Shown piece after piece: positions 24,187-36,137 of a DNA stretch of 64,000 nt. The stretch lies in assembly GCA_032718475.1 (NCBI GenBank), contig JAUCBJ010008928.1, forward strand, positions 62,001 through 126,000, read 5' to 3'. The stretch is from Nemertoderma westbladi (taxonomy: Eukaryota; Animalia; Xenacoelomorpha). The position numbers and the translations under genes were made by a program. The number at the start of each line of letters is the position of its first letter. The first letter of the stretch is position 1. The notes below the pieces were generated by a model. The model did not search any database. It was not told the DNA's origin and saw nothing but the letters and a program-made list of their open reading frames with translations.

Positions 24187-25836
24187 CAACATATGGAGTG
24201 GGTGTGTGACTCTATTATTTTGTATTTGTTTTATTTTTATATTTATGTATGTATTATTATGTAATTTTATTTTAATCGTTTTATTTAATTTTATTTAGTA
24301 GTGTGGTATTTTAGAGATTATTTAGTAGATTAGTGCAATATATATTCGCGTTTATTATTTAATTACGTATATTATATATTTAGTGCGACGGCAAGAAATA
24401 ATTCTTTTCCTCTTTCCTTACTGTCTGTATCATATTATAAATACGTGACTACAGTAAGATGAAATGTCCGTACTTATTAAAGTACAATAAAGCCACTACT
24501 ATATTCAAGTATTATTGGTAGGCAGAGTATTAGGAATGCAAAGTTCAGATCCTCGTGTCTCGGCTAAACCAAGCTCTGGGTAGACCTTGGAAACGACTTG
24601 CCTCTTCACACTGACATTGCTTCGTGCGATATTGCTCTCATACCGTATATTAAATAATACATATAGTAGCGTGATGTCCCTTTAACAGTAGCGTATAACG
24701 CAAAATAAATCTGTTAAACCCTTTGACCATCTGCAATTCTAGTCGATTAAGATATCGCGGCACCCACCAATATACTTGAAAGACAAATTTTAGAATCAGT
24801 GGTTAACGTCTCCAGACAAGTTCTGGAATAAATTGGTGCCCATCTCAAATATTAATTATTTAATATTTGCAAATCTAATAAATCAAAATCTGTAAAATTC
24901 AGATCCTTCAACAATTCTAGTCAATTAAGATATCGTAGCATTTACCGATATTCTTAAAAAGACAATTGTCACAGAATTAAGGATCTTGTGTCCCCAGACA
25001 TATTCTAGAATCAAAATATGTCCATTTAATTATCAAATAATAAAATTTCAGGGAATAAATTTAAATTCATGCCTTTTAATGAATTTAATAAATTGCCATT
25101 TTTTCGCAATTTATAACATTCCCAAAATTCCATTAATTAATAGATCAAGGGAGCGGAGATTTATCTTATTATGCATATGAGTGTGCGAAAGTCTCCCAAA
25201 CCTAGTCAATAGCCGATAAAATTCATAAAGTCATGTATAAAACAGAACATTGACTATTAAAGAATACTATTAAATAACATCCCAGATCTGTATGCATTGG
25301 AATTACTCTAATTCTACCGCTAGCTTTGCATAATGTCACCATAGCAACAACCACGCTAGAATTAGAATTGAGTTAAAAGAACAATAGAAAGCTTGTCCTA
25401 TTGAATAGCATAGGGAATAAATAGCGCACTACTAGTATCCAAGGATACATAATAATACAGTGACATTCTGGAAGGCATTGACTAACGGACAAATGGCCCG
25501 AATGTGCGTAGTTGTGACCAGTTGTGTGGTATTTGTGAGTTTATAGGTGAATGTTACTGCTAAAGTGTGTTTACAGTAGCTAGTCGCAATCGTAAAAGTA
25601 ACCTAACTCTCCAAGGAAAACCTGAAGTACATCTAAGCCTTTGGGACGGACAGTTGAGTGACTTGTGCCGGTTGTCGTTGTCGTTGTGCGGCTACGTCGT
25701 TGGCGAAAGTACAGCGGCGACGACACATCGGCGCTGAGGATCTCGTACTGTCCGGGGGTTGATTGGGGTAGGCAGCGACGCCCGCTCGCCTAAATATAAA
25801 CTCATTATAATATGGATAAACTCATATATAGCAGAT

Positions 25837-26796
25837 ATGACGGAGTTGATAGAAGATGTTCTTGGTATCGGGGAGCGATATACTCTACTTTTGCAAGCGT
25901 TTGTTGATAGCTTAATACGCGGCGACGTTAGTCCAACTGCTGCGGAGGACGATGGTCGTTATATCGAACCGCCAATGTCCCAAGAGCAGCTCGCGCGCGA
26001 GTTGGACTATAGAAAATTCGCTGCTCGATATACGCAGCGTAATGGTACGTATATGGCCTTCTTAACTACTGGTCATCCTATCGATTTACACGATATAGAC
26101 GATATAGACACCAAAAGGGAAATGGTTCTATTTAAATATCATACCCAGCGGAGGCGGAACAATAAACCGAGAATCGAACATGAGAATTCTATGCGAAACC
26201 GAATCGAAAGAGAAGACGTTGAGGAGCCGGATAATCGCAGCGACTTCAACGATTATCTGGAATTCCTGATAGAAACATATCTCAATATTGCCAGTCAACA
26301 AAATCTAGAAACTCGATATCCTCAAGGTATACATCATGACTGCATGGTAGAACTCAAACGGCTCGATTACCCTATGATGTATCTTACCGCCGATCGACCG
26401 CCACCTGTTGTACCGAATAGCTTCGAACGGATGGAGGAATATTGTAAGCTGGAGAACGATCACCCGCGTTTCCCCTACAAGACGTACGTTTTTGGGTATT
26501 ATTGCGATGAATGCCCAAGACCCAACCAACAAACGGAAAGACATAAACATCCGCGGAGACGTTGCTTTAAACACGGTTTTACTCGCTATACTTACAGGAG
26601 TTTCGAGCGAAACTTGTTCAATGTATCACCTACGCTCGTTCGACTCAGACGATCCTTAAATAAACCAATGATCAGAGTTTCGGAATACTCGATCAGAGCT
26701 CCTCATTCCCTAGTGAGACCTCAGACTCTTGATCCTATTAGTATGACGGATCCTCCCGAGCTGTATTCACTGTTCAAAGATCTAGTGCTACCCTAA
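25837..26796 (+). CDS. orphan accessory ORF (about 319 aa) in the env position of element C
   Basis: Intact ORF between the pol remnant and the 3' LTR. The ATG is preceded by an acceptor-like TAGCAG. It has a CxxC...CxxH cluster and no evident signal peptide or TM segment. Confidence 0.65.
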   Translation: MTELIEDVLGIGERYTLLLQAFVDSLIRGDVSPTAAEDDGRYIEPPMSQEQLARELDYRKFAARYTQRNGTYMAFLTTGHPIDLHDIDDIDTKREMVLFKYHTQRRRNNKPRIEHENSMRNRIEREDVEEPDNRSDFNDYLEFLIETYLNIASQQNLETRYPQGIHHDCMVELKRLDYPMMYLTADRPPPVVPNSFERMEEYCKLENDHPRFPYKTYVFGYYCDECPRPNQQTERHKHPRRRCFKHGFTRYTYRSFERNLFNVSPTLVRLRRSLNKPMIRVSEYSIRAPHSLVRPQTLDPISMTDPPELYSLFKDLVLP

Positions 26797-27435
26797 CAAT
26801 TAATCGGTAACACTCCGACAGTGATTTCTAGCTAGCCGCCCATCTTACCTAGCCGGATTGTGACGCGGACACCTAATATCACTATCCAACCGTATGGTCG
26901 TCCCCGTTTAACGCGATACAACCCCTCATCAAGGTGAAGGAGAGCGTTGTACGAAACGAGTTAAACGCTATTCTATAAAGATCAAAAAAGAAACCTGCGT
27001 TTGTTCAGATAAACGTAAGTTATAACAGTAAGTCCAATCGATAAACGAATTGGCCTTATCTCAATTCGATTGAGAAATCCAGAATCTCTAAGAAGTTATC
27101 GAACTTGGACGATCCTATTCTCTGCGAGAGTTTTTGGATGAACGTATCCAGCTACGAGCGGAGGAAAATCAGCTCGAGGAGAAGCATATCGAAACGGCAG
27201 ATACCTCGACCATAAACCTACACCTTCTGATGCAATCATATTGCATCCTTCACCCAGGAGTTATGGCCCTCCTAGTAAAGTGGCTCCCCCCAAAGAGAAA
27301 AAGACTCTTGCTAGCCTCAAAAAACTGCGTAAACGCCGTCTGCGTAAGAAAGACTAAATGTTTAGAGTATCTTTATGTTTTAGAAACTGTGATTTTTATA
27401 TTTTATAGACTGAAAATCCCATTTTCTGGGAGCGG

Positions 27436-28536
27436 TGTAAAAGCTTTTGCTGAATTGTCCGGTTATTTTTCCTTATTTTTCCTGTAAAATACTCTGTAGT
27501 TGGTTTACCAGGCATAAAAATGCCGTGTCCTTGCTGTACTGGTGTTTTAGCGGACATAAAAGCTATTTCTTCTGTATTTGTACTTTAGAGGACATAATCC
27601 GTAATTCCGTGACGTAAAAGCTCGATACTCTTGAAAACAGTGTCGCTACCATGACGACGGCTAGCAGCTGATATTGCCACGTCGACGTTTCTTTGTTTCT
27701 TTGTTCTCTCGTTGTTCAGTGTTTTCAGTTTTTAGTCCTACACTAGTAGGCTTAATTATAAGGACATATATCCGTTATCTGATGTCTGATCACTGATGTC
27801 TGCATACTGCATACTGCATACTGCAGTACTGCATACACTGCATACTGTGTAACACTGTGCATACTTTTATATTGTTATACATGCTATTTACTGTCAGTTC
27901 TTCATAATATGGTTGATGAATTATTATATTTGGAATAACGACCCGAAAACCCAATATTCTTGATATACCGAAGGTAAGAGAGAAAGGTTACAGATAAATG
28001 ATTGCGACCTATGTTGAGTGGTTTGAAGTGAATCTAATGTTATTTGATAGACCCTACATGATTCGGTCCGTGTTCCTTTTATATGTGACTAAAATCAGTG
28101 AAGATCGGCAGATCAGTGTGCAGTATTGTGCAGCATTGTGTATGAGTGAGACTGATAACGAAGCATTTCCTAAAGAATGCGCCATATATGTGAATTGTAA
28201 CTAAGCCATATCGTTGTGAGTAGTTTAAGTCATAACTCTGTTTGTATAGATAGAGCGCCACGTCCTAAAGGAACTGTTAATATTTCCCGAAGGTGAATAA
28301 TATTGTCAGAGATTATATAATACTGTCAGTCGAATAATACATTAGGCTTACATAGCAATAAAATTAAGCCGTCGAACCCAATCTCCCGGGTATATCCAGC
28401 GGGTGAATGATCGCGCACAGATTGGTTTCGACTAGTGTAGTGAATTAAATACTTGTCATAGACTAAAGGTGATTTATTATCTAGAAGACATCCTAATTTG
28501 GCGGGTTAAACTGCCAAAGGTCTGAAAGCGCGAACA
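27436..28536 (+). repeat. 3' LTR of element C
   Basis: Direct repeat of 16491-17592. Confidence 0.97.
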
Positions 28537-28863
28537 CCAGCCATCAGATGTTCTTGGGCCAAAGTCTGAAACGACCGTACTTAGTACAGAATTCTGAGAG
28601 GAATCTGATTCTCAGAAAAACTATAACTGTGCATGCGCCAGTTTCCACAGGTAGGTCTCTACTGGCATAACTGGGAAGATTGCTCTGATTGGCTGAATAG
28701 ACTCAAACAAAGGAATCTCCACATATACAAAGAATCAGCTGACAGATTTCGTCATCTTGGTTCTAATTTCTGACCGATGCGCTGTTGAACAATTTTAGGG
28801 CTACTTTAGAGTATTCCGCGCATTGCGTAAAAATGACATGTTATGTCCGCAAAAGCTTTTACA
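28537..28863 (-). repeat. 5' (U3) part of the B-family LTR interrupted by element C; continues at 16490-16160
   Basis: Minus strand starts TGTAAAAGCTTTTGC at 28863, the same 15 nt that start the C LTR. CCAAT box at about 28685. Confidence 0.85.
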
Positions 28864-28867
28864 AGGA

Positions 28868-29140
28868 GTCTCATTGGTTCCCCAAAGCTTGACACTAGAA
28901 CAAAGCCGCCTCCGATTTCCAGGACATTGCTTTCGCTGTGAAGATCAGCCAGTGCATAATCTTGTACTTTGGCGGCCTCATGAAATGTATTAGCATGGTG
29001 GACAGTCCATTACTTTCTTGAGACGCATCTTAAATGACACTGGCCTTGAAGATCCGGATGATCTAGCAAATGTCATGGGTGATACGATAGGGAGTTGTGA
29101 CTGCACAATTTTGTCGGCAAGCCGGCACAGCATTCTTAAA
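28868..29140 (+). mobile_element. RTE LINE 3' end fragment (inverted, diverged copy of 15248-15520)
   Basis: GHCFRCEDQPVHNLVLW...FLRRILNDTGLEDPDDLANVMGD. Confidence 0.8.
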
Positions 29141-30834
29141 AAATATGTAATATATATATATATAATGCAGCATGCCGATTCTAGTAGTAGTACCATAAAA
29201 TACAAAAGAATTTATAATCAATCTGAACCACATTTTTTAGATTTTATATTACCTCGTTAATTAATGACCAAAAATGTCAAGAAATATTGATTTTATATTA
29301 ATGGATCGTATATTTATTCATAAAAATTCTAGTGAATGTATATAACACAAGCCAAACAAAATGGACAGTAAACAAGAGTAAGTAGCAAATTGTTATTGAT
29401 GTTGTTCCAGAAGTATTTAAAACACCTTGTTGCTTCTATCCAACAGTTTTCCGATTTTTGCACAGGCTATCCAACAATTATTGAAAAAGGATTTAAAAAG
29501 GTAAAAATGTCCTCCCGGCTCTCTGGGATTTCATTTTTACATTTTAGCTTGTGCAGAAATTGGATAACTGTTGGATAGCCTGTGCAAAAATTGGATAACT
29601 CTAATAACCTGATAACAACTGTCAATAAATATTACTATCCTATCTTTTTTTTTTTTTTTTTAAAATACCCGTTGCAGTGACTGAAGTCGTTGGTAACGTA
29701 CAGTATGAGTAGTATAACGTATTGTACAAAAGGATGCCTCTTATATTTTGAGTTATATTGTAAAATTGGTATTGGAGACATTTTGCAAGCAAGACGAGAC
29801 ACATAGTCACACTATAACATTATTAAATGCAGCCAAATTAATTAAGATTAAATCCTTTTATTAATTACACATTAATAAATCAGTCTGGCTCATGTCATTT
29901 ACAGGTATTTTTGGAATTAGTAAATAGATGAAAAAAGTTACTTCTGTTGACATCAAATGAAATTTTGTTACTTTTTTCGTCATTATAAAGCAGTACAGTA
30001 CATACAGTATATAATAAATTTAGAAACGTATGGAAAAACGTTAGGTAACGTATGGAATATAAATTTGAACTCCAATAATTGTGCTGGAATCCAAAGCCTT
30101 TTCCCTTTGGCCTTCCCTCCCCTTCCCTGGCAAAAGCCAAAGCCTTCCCTTTGCATTAACCACTTTTGTGATAAAGATTCGAAGTGAAAGTAACGTATGG
30201 ATCGAAATATGGACAAGCCATTGTATTATTGTAATTTACATCAGAGTTTGGAATATTTGTGATTTGGAATTGGTATCATGCCATAATACTTTCCTACTTT
30301 TGATTTTTTCAAAATGAGATACAAGGACTACTTCTCTGTTAAAACATTTTTCAATGTTGCTTGTAATTCTTGAAATTCTATGAAATTCCTTCCCTAATAC
30401 AGCTGCTCAGTCGAAACGAATTATCAGCTTAGATAAACAATCACTAATGGTTTCCCACACTTTAATCTATTATCTACAACATTCTATCATAAAAAATTCA
30501 ATAATTAACGATTTATATTTCAATGCTTAGGGTGACCAATTTTGAAACAGGCTGATGAGTAGGCCTAGTGTTACATATGTTGTATTTTTTAAATAAAACA
30601 TGAAGATTTGTTATTATCAATATTATACAAAGGCCTACCATATTGGATAAGATGTACTTTTGTATTTGTAGGCCTACTACATACATACGAACCAACTTAT
30701 ACAAACAAAACCCAGTTGTACTGTACAATCCTACTTTATTTACGATTGCAAATCCACCACCTCTGTAAATCCACCACATAAACAAAGTAATAAACAAGTA
30801 ACACAAAATGAATTAAAACATAATTATTATTTAT

Positions 30835-33079
30835 TTAGTTGCACCGGTCTTCCTCATTGCAGCAACTGGCGTGGCAGGCTCGAGGCTCGTTTGGACACAT
30901 TCTAGTTTCTAGTGACTCGCAATATGTCGTGGGACTTATCCAGATCTCTGGTACGCATTCCTTCCTTGTATGATCTCCTATGGTGAAAGTCTGCAATATG
31001 AATAATAAATTTATTATTGCTACTGTATAATATCCAACAGAATAATGACTCTTAAACCAAATGTAAATATACAGTACAAGTTCGTATAACTTTTAGGTTT
31101 GGAGAATTCCGACTTGGACAATATTACGACCTTTCAGCATTGAATTTCCTTGGTTGGAGTTGTCCATACTGTAGAACATGCTGTACTGTAGAACTATTCT
31201 GTTAATACTCAATACTGCAATACTCTGTTAATACACAAAATTGTTTGGTTTATTGTAATAATAATTGTCCTTGATAAAAATGTAATAATATCCATTTAAT
31301 GTGTAACGGGATCTTGATGGAGTCGGAGGCGAGACAACTAGTTGTAGGTACTTAACTGTACGCGGTGATACTGCGGTCAGTCACATAGGCCTACTGTACG
31401 CGGTGATATTTCTGTCAGTCACGTAGGCCGACTGTAGGCGGTGATACTGCGGTCACTCATGTAGGCCTACTGTAGGCGGTGATACTGCGGCCAGTCACAT
31501 GGCCTACTGTACGCGGTGATACTGCGTTCAGTCACGTAGGCCTACTGTAGGCGGTGATACTGCGGTCACTCATGTTGGCCTACTGTACGCGGTGATACTG
31601 CGGTCAGTCACGTAGGCCTACTGTAGGCGGTGATACTGCGGTCAGTCACATAGGCCTACTGTACGCGGTGATACTGCGTTCAGTCACGTAGGCCTACTGT
31701 AGGCGGTGATACTGCGGTCACTCATGTAGGCCTACTGTACGCGGTGATACTGCGGTCAGTCACGTAGGCCTACTGTAGGCGGTGATACTGCGGTCAGTCA
31801 CATAGGCCTACTGTACGCGGTGATACTGCGTTCAGTCACGTAGGCCTACTCTGTAGGCTGTGATACTGCGGTCAGTCACATAGGCCTACTGTAGGCGGTG
31901 ATACTGCGGTCATCACATAGGCCTACTGTACGCAGTGATACTGCGGTCAGTCACATAGGCCTACTGTACGCGGTGATACTGCGTTCAGTCACGTAGGCCT
32001 ACTGTAGGCGGTGATACTGCGGTCACTCATGTAGGCCTACTGTACGCGGTGATACTGCGGTCAGTCACGTAGGCCTACTGTAGGCGGTGATACTGCGGTC
32101 AGTCACATAGGCCTACTGTACGCGGTGATACTGCGTTCAGTCACGTAGGCCTACTCTGTAGGCGGTGATACTGCGGTCAGTCACATAGGCCTACTGTAGG
32201 CGGTGATACTGCGGTCATCACATAGGCCTACTGTACGCGGTGATACTGCGTTCAGTCACGTAGGCCTACTGTAGGCGGTGATACTGCGATCACTCACGTA
32301 GGCCTACTGTAGGCGGTGATACTGCGGCCAGTCACGTAGGCCTACTCTGTAGGCGGTGATACTGCGGTCAGTCACATAGGCCTACTGTAGGCGGTGATAC
32401 TGCGGTCATCACATAGGCCTACTGTACGCGGTGATACTGCGTTCAGTCACGTAGGCCTACTGTAGGCGGTGATACTGCGATCACTCACGTAGGCCTACTG
32501 TAGGCGGTGATACTGCGGTCACTCATAGTAGGCCTACTGTAGGCGGTGATACTGCGGTTACTCATGTAGGCCTACTGTACGCCGTGATACTGCGGTCAGT
32601 CACGTAGGCCTACTGTACGCGGTGATACTGCGATCACTCACGTAGGCCTAACTGTACGAAGGGTTACTACGCTAAATCATTAGTATCGCTGTTGGGTTTA
32701 CAGTGACTCTTTCCAAATTTATCCTTCTCTAGGGGAAAATCTACGCAAATAAACAACTGATTTCTCCCAAAAATACAGCTGTTCTACTGTATTAGACTTT
32801 AGTTTATTGTTTTAGTTAGAAACGTAATAGGTTGATTTCCAATGATAATTTAAAATTGAGACAAAATATTCATTCCCTTTAAAATTGAGACAAAATATTA
32901 ATTACCCTCATTGTTTTTGGCTCAGCGATAAATATTAACGAACTACTACTGCCGCGCTCGCTTACCATACAAAACCCGCAACCATCTCGAACAACAACTT
33001 CTTCATCGCTCACGGACTGGTTGCAAGTCAGACTGTATCCAAATACAATAAATGATGAAAATACCAACAATTTAAACAT
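30835..33079 (-). CDS. two-exon secreted three-finger (Ly6/uPAR-like) protein, 89 aa; exons 33079-32966 and 30990-30835
   Basis: Exon 1 MFKLLVFSSFIVFGYSLTCNQSVSDEEVVVRDGCGFCM ends at GTAAGC. A phase-0 acceptor TTGCAG gives TFTIGDHTRKECVPEIWISPTTYCESLETRMCPNEPRACHASCCNEEDRCN*. It has a signal peptide, 10 Cys, a terminal CC..D.CN motif and AATAAA at the stop. Confidence 0.85.
31355..32660. repeat. 38-bp minisatellite, about 34 copies, intronic
   Basis: Unit AGGCCTACTGTA(G/C)GCGGTGATACTGCG(G/T)TCA(G/C)TCAC(A/G)T, head to tail, with recurring variant patterns. Confidence 0.97.
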
Positions 33080-33321
33080 TTTCACAGAAACGATATTATA
33101 AACAAACAAAATCAAAATAATTTATTAAAACGTAAGGGAGTGATGGTAATTTGGGTCAAAAATCAAAATTTTGCAATATTAGACCAAATATCCTACATAC
33201 TGATACTGTAGCAATTGCAATTACTATACTGTAAGTATCAAATATTAAATGAGAGCATTAAAGTGAAAAAGAGGTACTTTATTAAAATCGAATATGACGT
33301 TATTTTTCGAGGTGGGCCCTG

Positions 33322-34435
33322 CACTGGAATCCATAAGGGTGCGCTGGATTTATCCAGCGCCTATTGAAAAGCCTGGCGTGGTACTTTGGCGCGTTTTGCA
33401 AATACGCGTCAAGCTGGGCGCGCTGGCGCGTAAAAATTCTACATTGGCGCGCTACAAAATAAAGCGAGTACAGATAAAAACGAAATATTTATTTGATTAA
33501 GTTCATGATTGAATTATATTCACTAGATACTTAAATAGTAATATTCAATAGACTTAAATTCTATGCAAATTTTAGGATTATTACGTCCGATATTCTTATG
33601 TTAATAAATACAGTATGTAATTGTCAATTCGCGTATTGGAGCTGATATTTTTTATTGGGTTACGGCCGATATTCTTATTTTAGTAAATACAGTATGTATG
33701 TAATTGTGAATTCGCTTATTGGAACTGATATATTTTACTGGGTTAATGCATTATACTATAGTTCTGTAGTTACAGTACAGTATATTATATACTGTATGTT
33801 AATGCACCGTAGTACCGGTATAGCAATATAATACATTCTGGAATGGTCATACATAATGCATGTCACCCTCATTCTCCAATTTAAACCCGGACTTCTAAAC
33901 ATTAGGCTACTTTTAATTTTTTATGAACCATAAGTTAATTATTGGTTTTCCGATAATGATTCAACATAATCATTCAATGTATGGCATATTCTTTACAAAC
34001 GTCCCCTATCTGCCTTTGTATTAAATTTTGAATTGTAGTAAGTTTAATGTACCTTTTGTGTGTCATACACAATTTTTAAGTTGTGTACCTTGATTTTACA
34101 TAATAATGAATAATATGCATGAAGTCAGCTCTTGCTAGGAAACATTATTTCGTATTTCCTAACTAAACTATAAATTATGAATATTATGTATGTATTATCA
34201 GGAAACATAAAAATATAAAGTACTGTAGTACAATAATGTATTATATTCGACTTTTAGAAACGCTTTATCGTGTTATCCATATCCATCACCGGAGCTCGGA
34301 GTGTAGATTTTCTCTGGTGCACCTCTATTTATAGAGTTTATAGTGTTTGCGCGGCCCTCTTTCAAATATTACCTTTTAATAATGTCTGGCTGTCTGGAGC
34401 ACTATCCAGCGCACTTTTTGTAAGGATTCCACTGG
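33322..34435. mobile_element. possible hAT-like MITE
   Basis: Ends CACTGGAATCC...GTGCGCTGGAT and ATCCAGCGCAC...GGATTCCACTG are inverted. The 8-mer GGTGGGCC occurs on both flanks, but not exactly abutting. Confidence 0.45.
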
Positions 34436-35463
34436 GGTGGGCCAATGATACATCTTGGGGTAAGTAATAAGTAATAATAAGTAATAAATTATTATTCCTC
34501 CTCTTTTTTAATATTTTATGCGAATTCATCGAGAGTTTTAAGTTAATAAAAGTAAAATATATTTCCAAAAAGTAGCTGACATGTTCATACAGTATGTGTT
34601 GAACGAACTAACTGCACAGGGCCTATGGGCGAAAAAATATATGTGAACTTCACGCAACACATTGCCATCCCTCAGTCGGCACATATACCGACATTGAACC
34701 GACCCTACACCGGCTCAACGCCGACACTGCCTGACACCATGACCGACCACACTACTCCTTTACACGCCGACACAGTGTAGACACTAAACGAGTAACTTTT
34801 CACAAACGTTAAGAAGGAAATCAGATCAGAAACTGTTGTAAATGCTCCAAAAACCTATTCTTATGTACATTTTTTCAAAAAGGCAATCAAAGATGGCAAT
34901 TATATAAACATTTATTGAACGACTACCTGTTCTTTTACTTCCAACCTCGGTGTATCTACAAAGGTACATGCATTATCTTTTAGATTACAAGTGAGTGATT
35001 ATATCACAATTACAGTATAATAATATAATAATTATTAAAGTCAAACTGGCGTCGGCCAGTCTATATGTCCTGTGTAAGTCACATAGAATGCATTACTGTA
35101 ATACTGTAGTAGTGACCGACTCCTTTGTAGTTTCAGCGCCGGTTGTACAGTAGGGTAGAGCTCAGTTTTGCAATAAATTGCTGTTATAATTGTATAACTA
35201 AACACATCATTGCGTATATTGGTGGCGTGTAACCTGCGTTACAAAAACCGGTCGCAAACAACAACAGTCAGGATTTACCTGCCAAACTTTAAATGAGGAA
35301 TCTGGAAAGAAAATATACCACTGAGTTCCTAAAATCAGATAGTCCTGAAGAAAATGTTGGGAGTTGGGAAATTAAGAGATTACTTCAACATCTTGCATGC
35401 AAATGACACTCGGATGTCCGTCTAGTCCTGTAACGAAGTCTAGTCCTCTACCGTAACGAACGC

Positions 35464-35880
35464 ACCCCTTGCACTTCGCTTCCGACTGCGGCCAGCATAT
35501 TGCTGGGTATAATTTTACCGCCTTCCTCCAGGCCTGGGGAGTCGATCCCGTCGTATCCTCCCCCGAACCGCCTTCCTCCAGGCCTGGGGAGTCGATCCCG
35601 TCGTATCCTCCCCCGAACCGCCTTCCTCCAGGCCTGGGGAGTCGATCCCGTCGTATCCTCCCCCGAACCGCCTTCCTCCAGGCCTGGGGAGTCGATCCCG
35701 TCGTATCCTCCCCCGAACCGCCTTCCTCCAGGCCTGGGGAGTCGATCCCGTCGTATCCTCCCCCGAACCGCCTTCCTCCAGGCCTGGGGAGTCGATCCCG
35801 TCGTATCCTCCCCCGAATATCCCCAGAGCAATGACCTCAGGGATTCATCCGTGAAGGCACTCAAGGCATTGGAAATTAAG
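35464..35880 (+). pseudogene. Gypsy-type integrase (rve) core fragment
   Basis: Collapsing the repeat to one unit gives PLHFASDCGQHIAGYNFTAFLQAWGVDPVVSSPEYPQSNDLRDSSVKALK, matching the rve pattern SDNGPQF..F..F...WG.....SSP.YPQSNG.AE..VK. Confidence 0.8.
35518..35817. repeat. six perfect tandem copies of a 50-bp unit
   Basis: CCGCCTTCCTCCAGGCCTGGGGAGTCGATCCCGTCGTATCCTCCCCCGAA x6. Confidence 0.98.
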
Positions 35881-36022
35881 TAGCATCATTCCAATATCGG
35901 CTGCCACAAGAAACCATTTCTATGTTAGGCACATCTCTACATTGAGAGAGAACATAACAATATATTTTTATGCATCTATTGGATTGGAACCATCAATCAA
36001 CATAATAACTATATTTATTACT

Positions 36023-36137
36023 CTATTATTGAGTTATTTTCCCGGTTATTTAACCCGCGGACAGGAAACAACCCGAGCGCGAAGCCTGAGGGTGTTCCTG
36101 CCCAAGGGGTATAACCGGGAAAATAACTCAATAATAG
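36023..36137. repeat. long hairpin, probably the end of a non-autonomous DNA element
   Basis: 27-bp perfect stem (36023-36049 / 36111-36137) with further inner pairing around GCGAAGC. A weak inverted partner of 36150-36170 lies near 37870-37890. Confidence 0.7.

Larger units (their letters stand above)
16491..28536 (+). mobile_element. full-length non-autonomous BEL/Pao LTR retrotransposon C
   Basis: Two near-identical TG...CA LTRs, a 5-bp TSD CCAGC (16486-16490 and 28537-28541) and a PPT-like GGGAGCGG at 27428-27435. An empty site is visible at about 14435. Confidence 0.97.

Noticed and set aside
24195-24210. PPT plus 3' LTR start (GGAGTGGG-TGTGTG) right after the ORF
   Set aside because: The real LTR pair and TSD place the 3' LTR at 27436.
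24545-24575. HDV-like ribozyme (TCCTCG...GCTAA)
   Set aside because: Too little sequence lies between the motifs to form P1, P1.1 and P4.
25837-26796. env gene
   Set aside because: No signal peptide, fusion peptide or transmembrane segment is visible.
31355-32660. CRISPR array
   Set aside because: Head-to-tail units with no unique spacers, no cas genes, and a eukaryotic intron context.
35448-35883. Repetitive protein ORFs or a CRISPR-like array
   Set aside because: The ORFs are by-products of a stop-free 50-bp repeat inside an integrase fragment, and there are no spacers.
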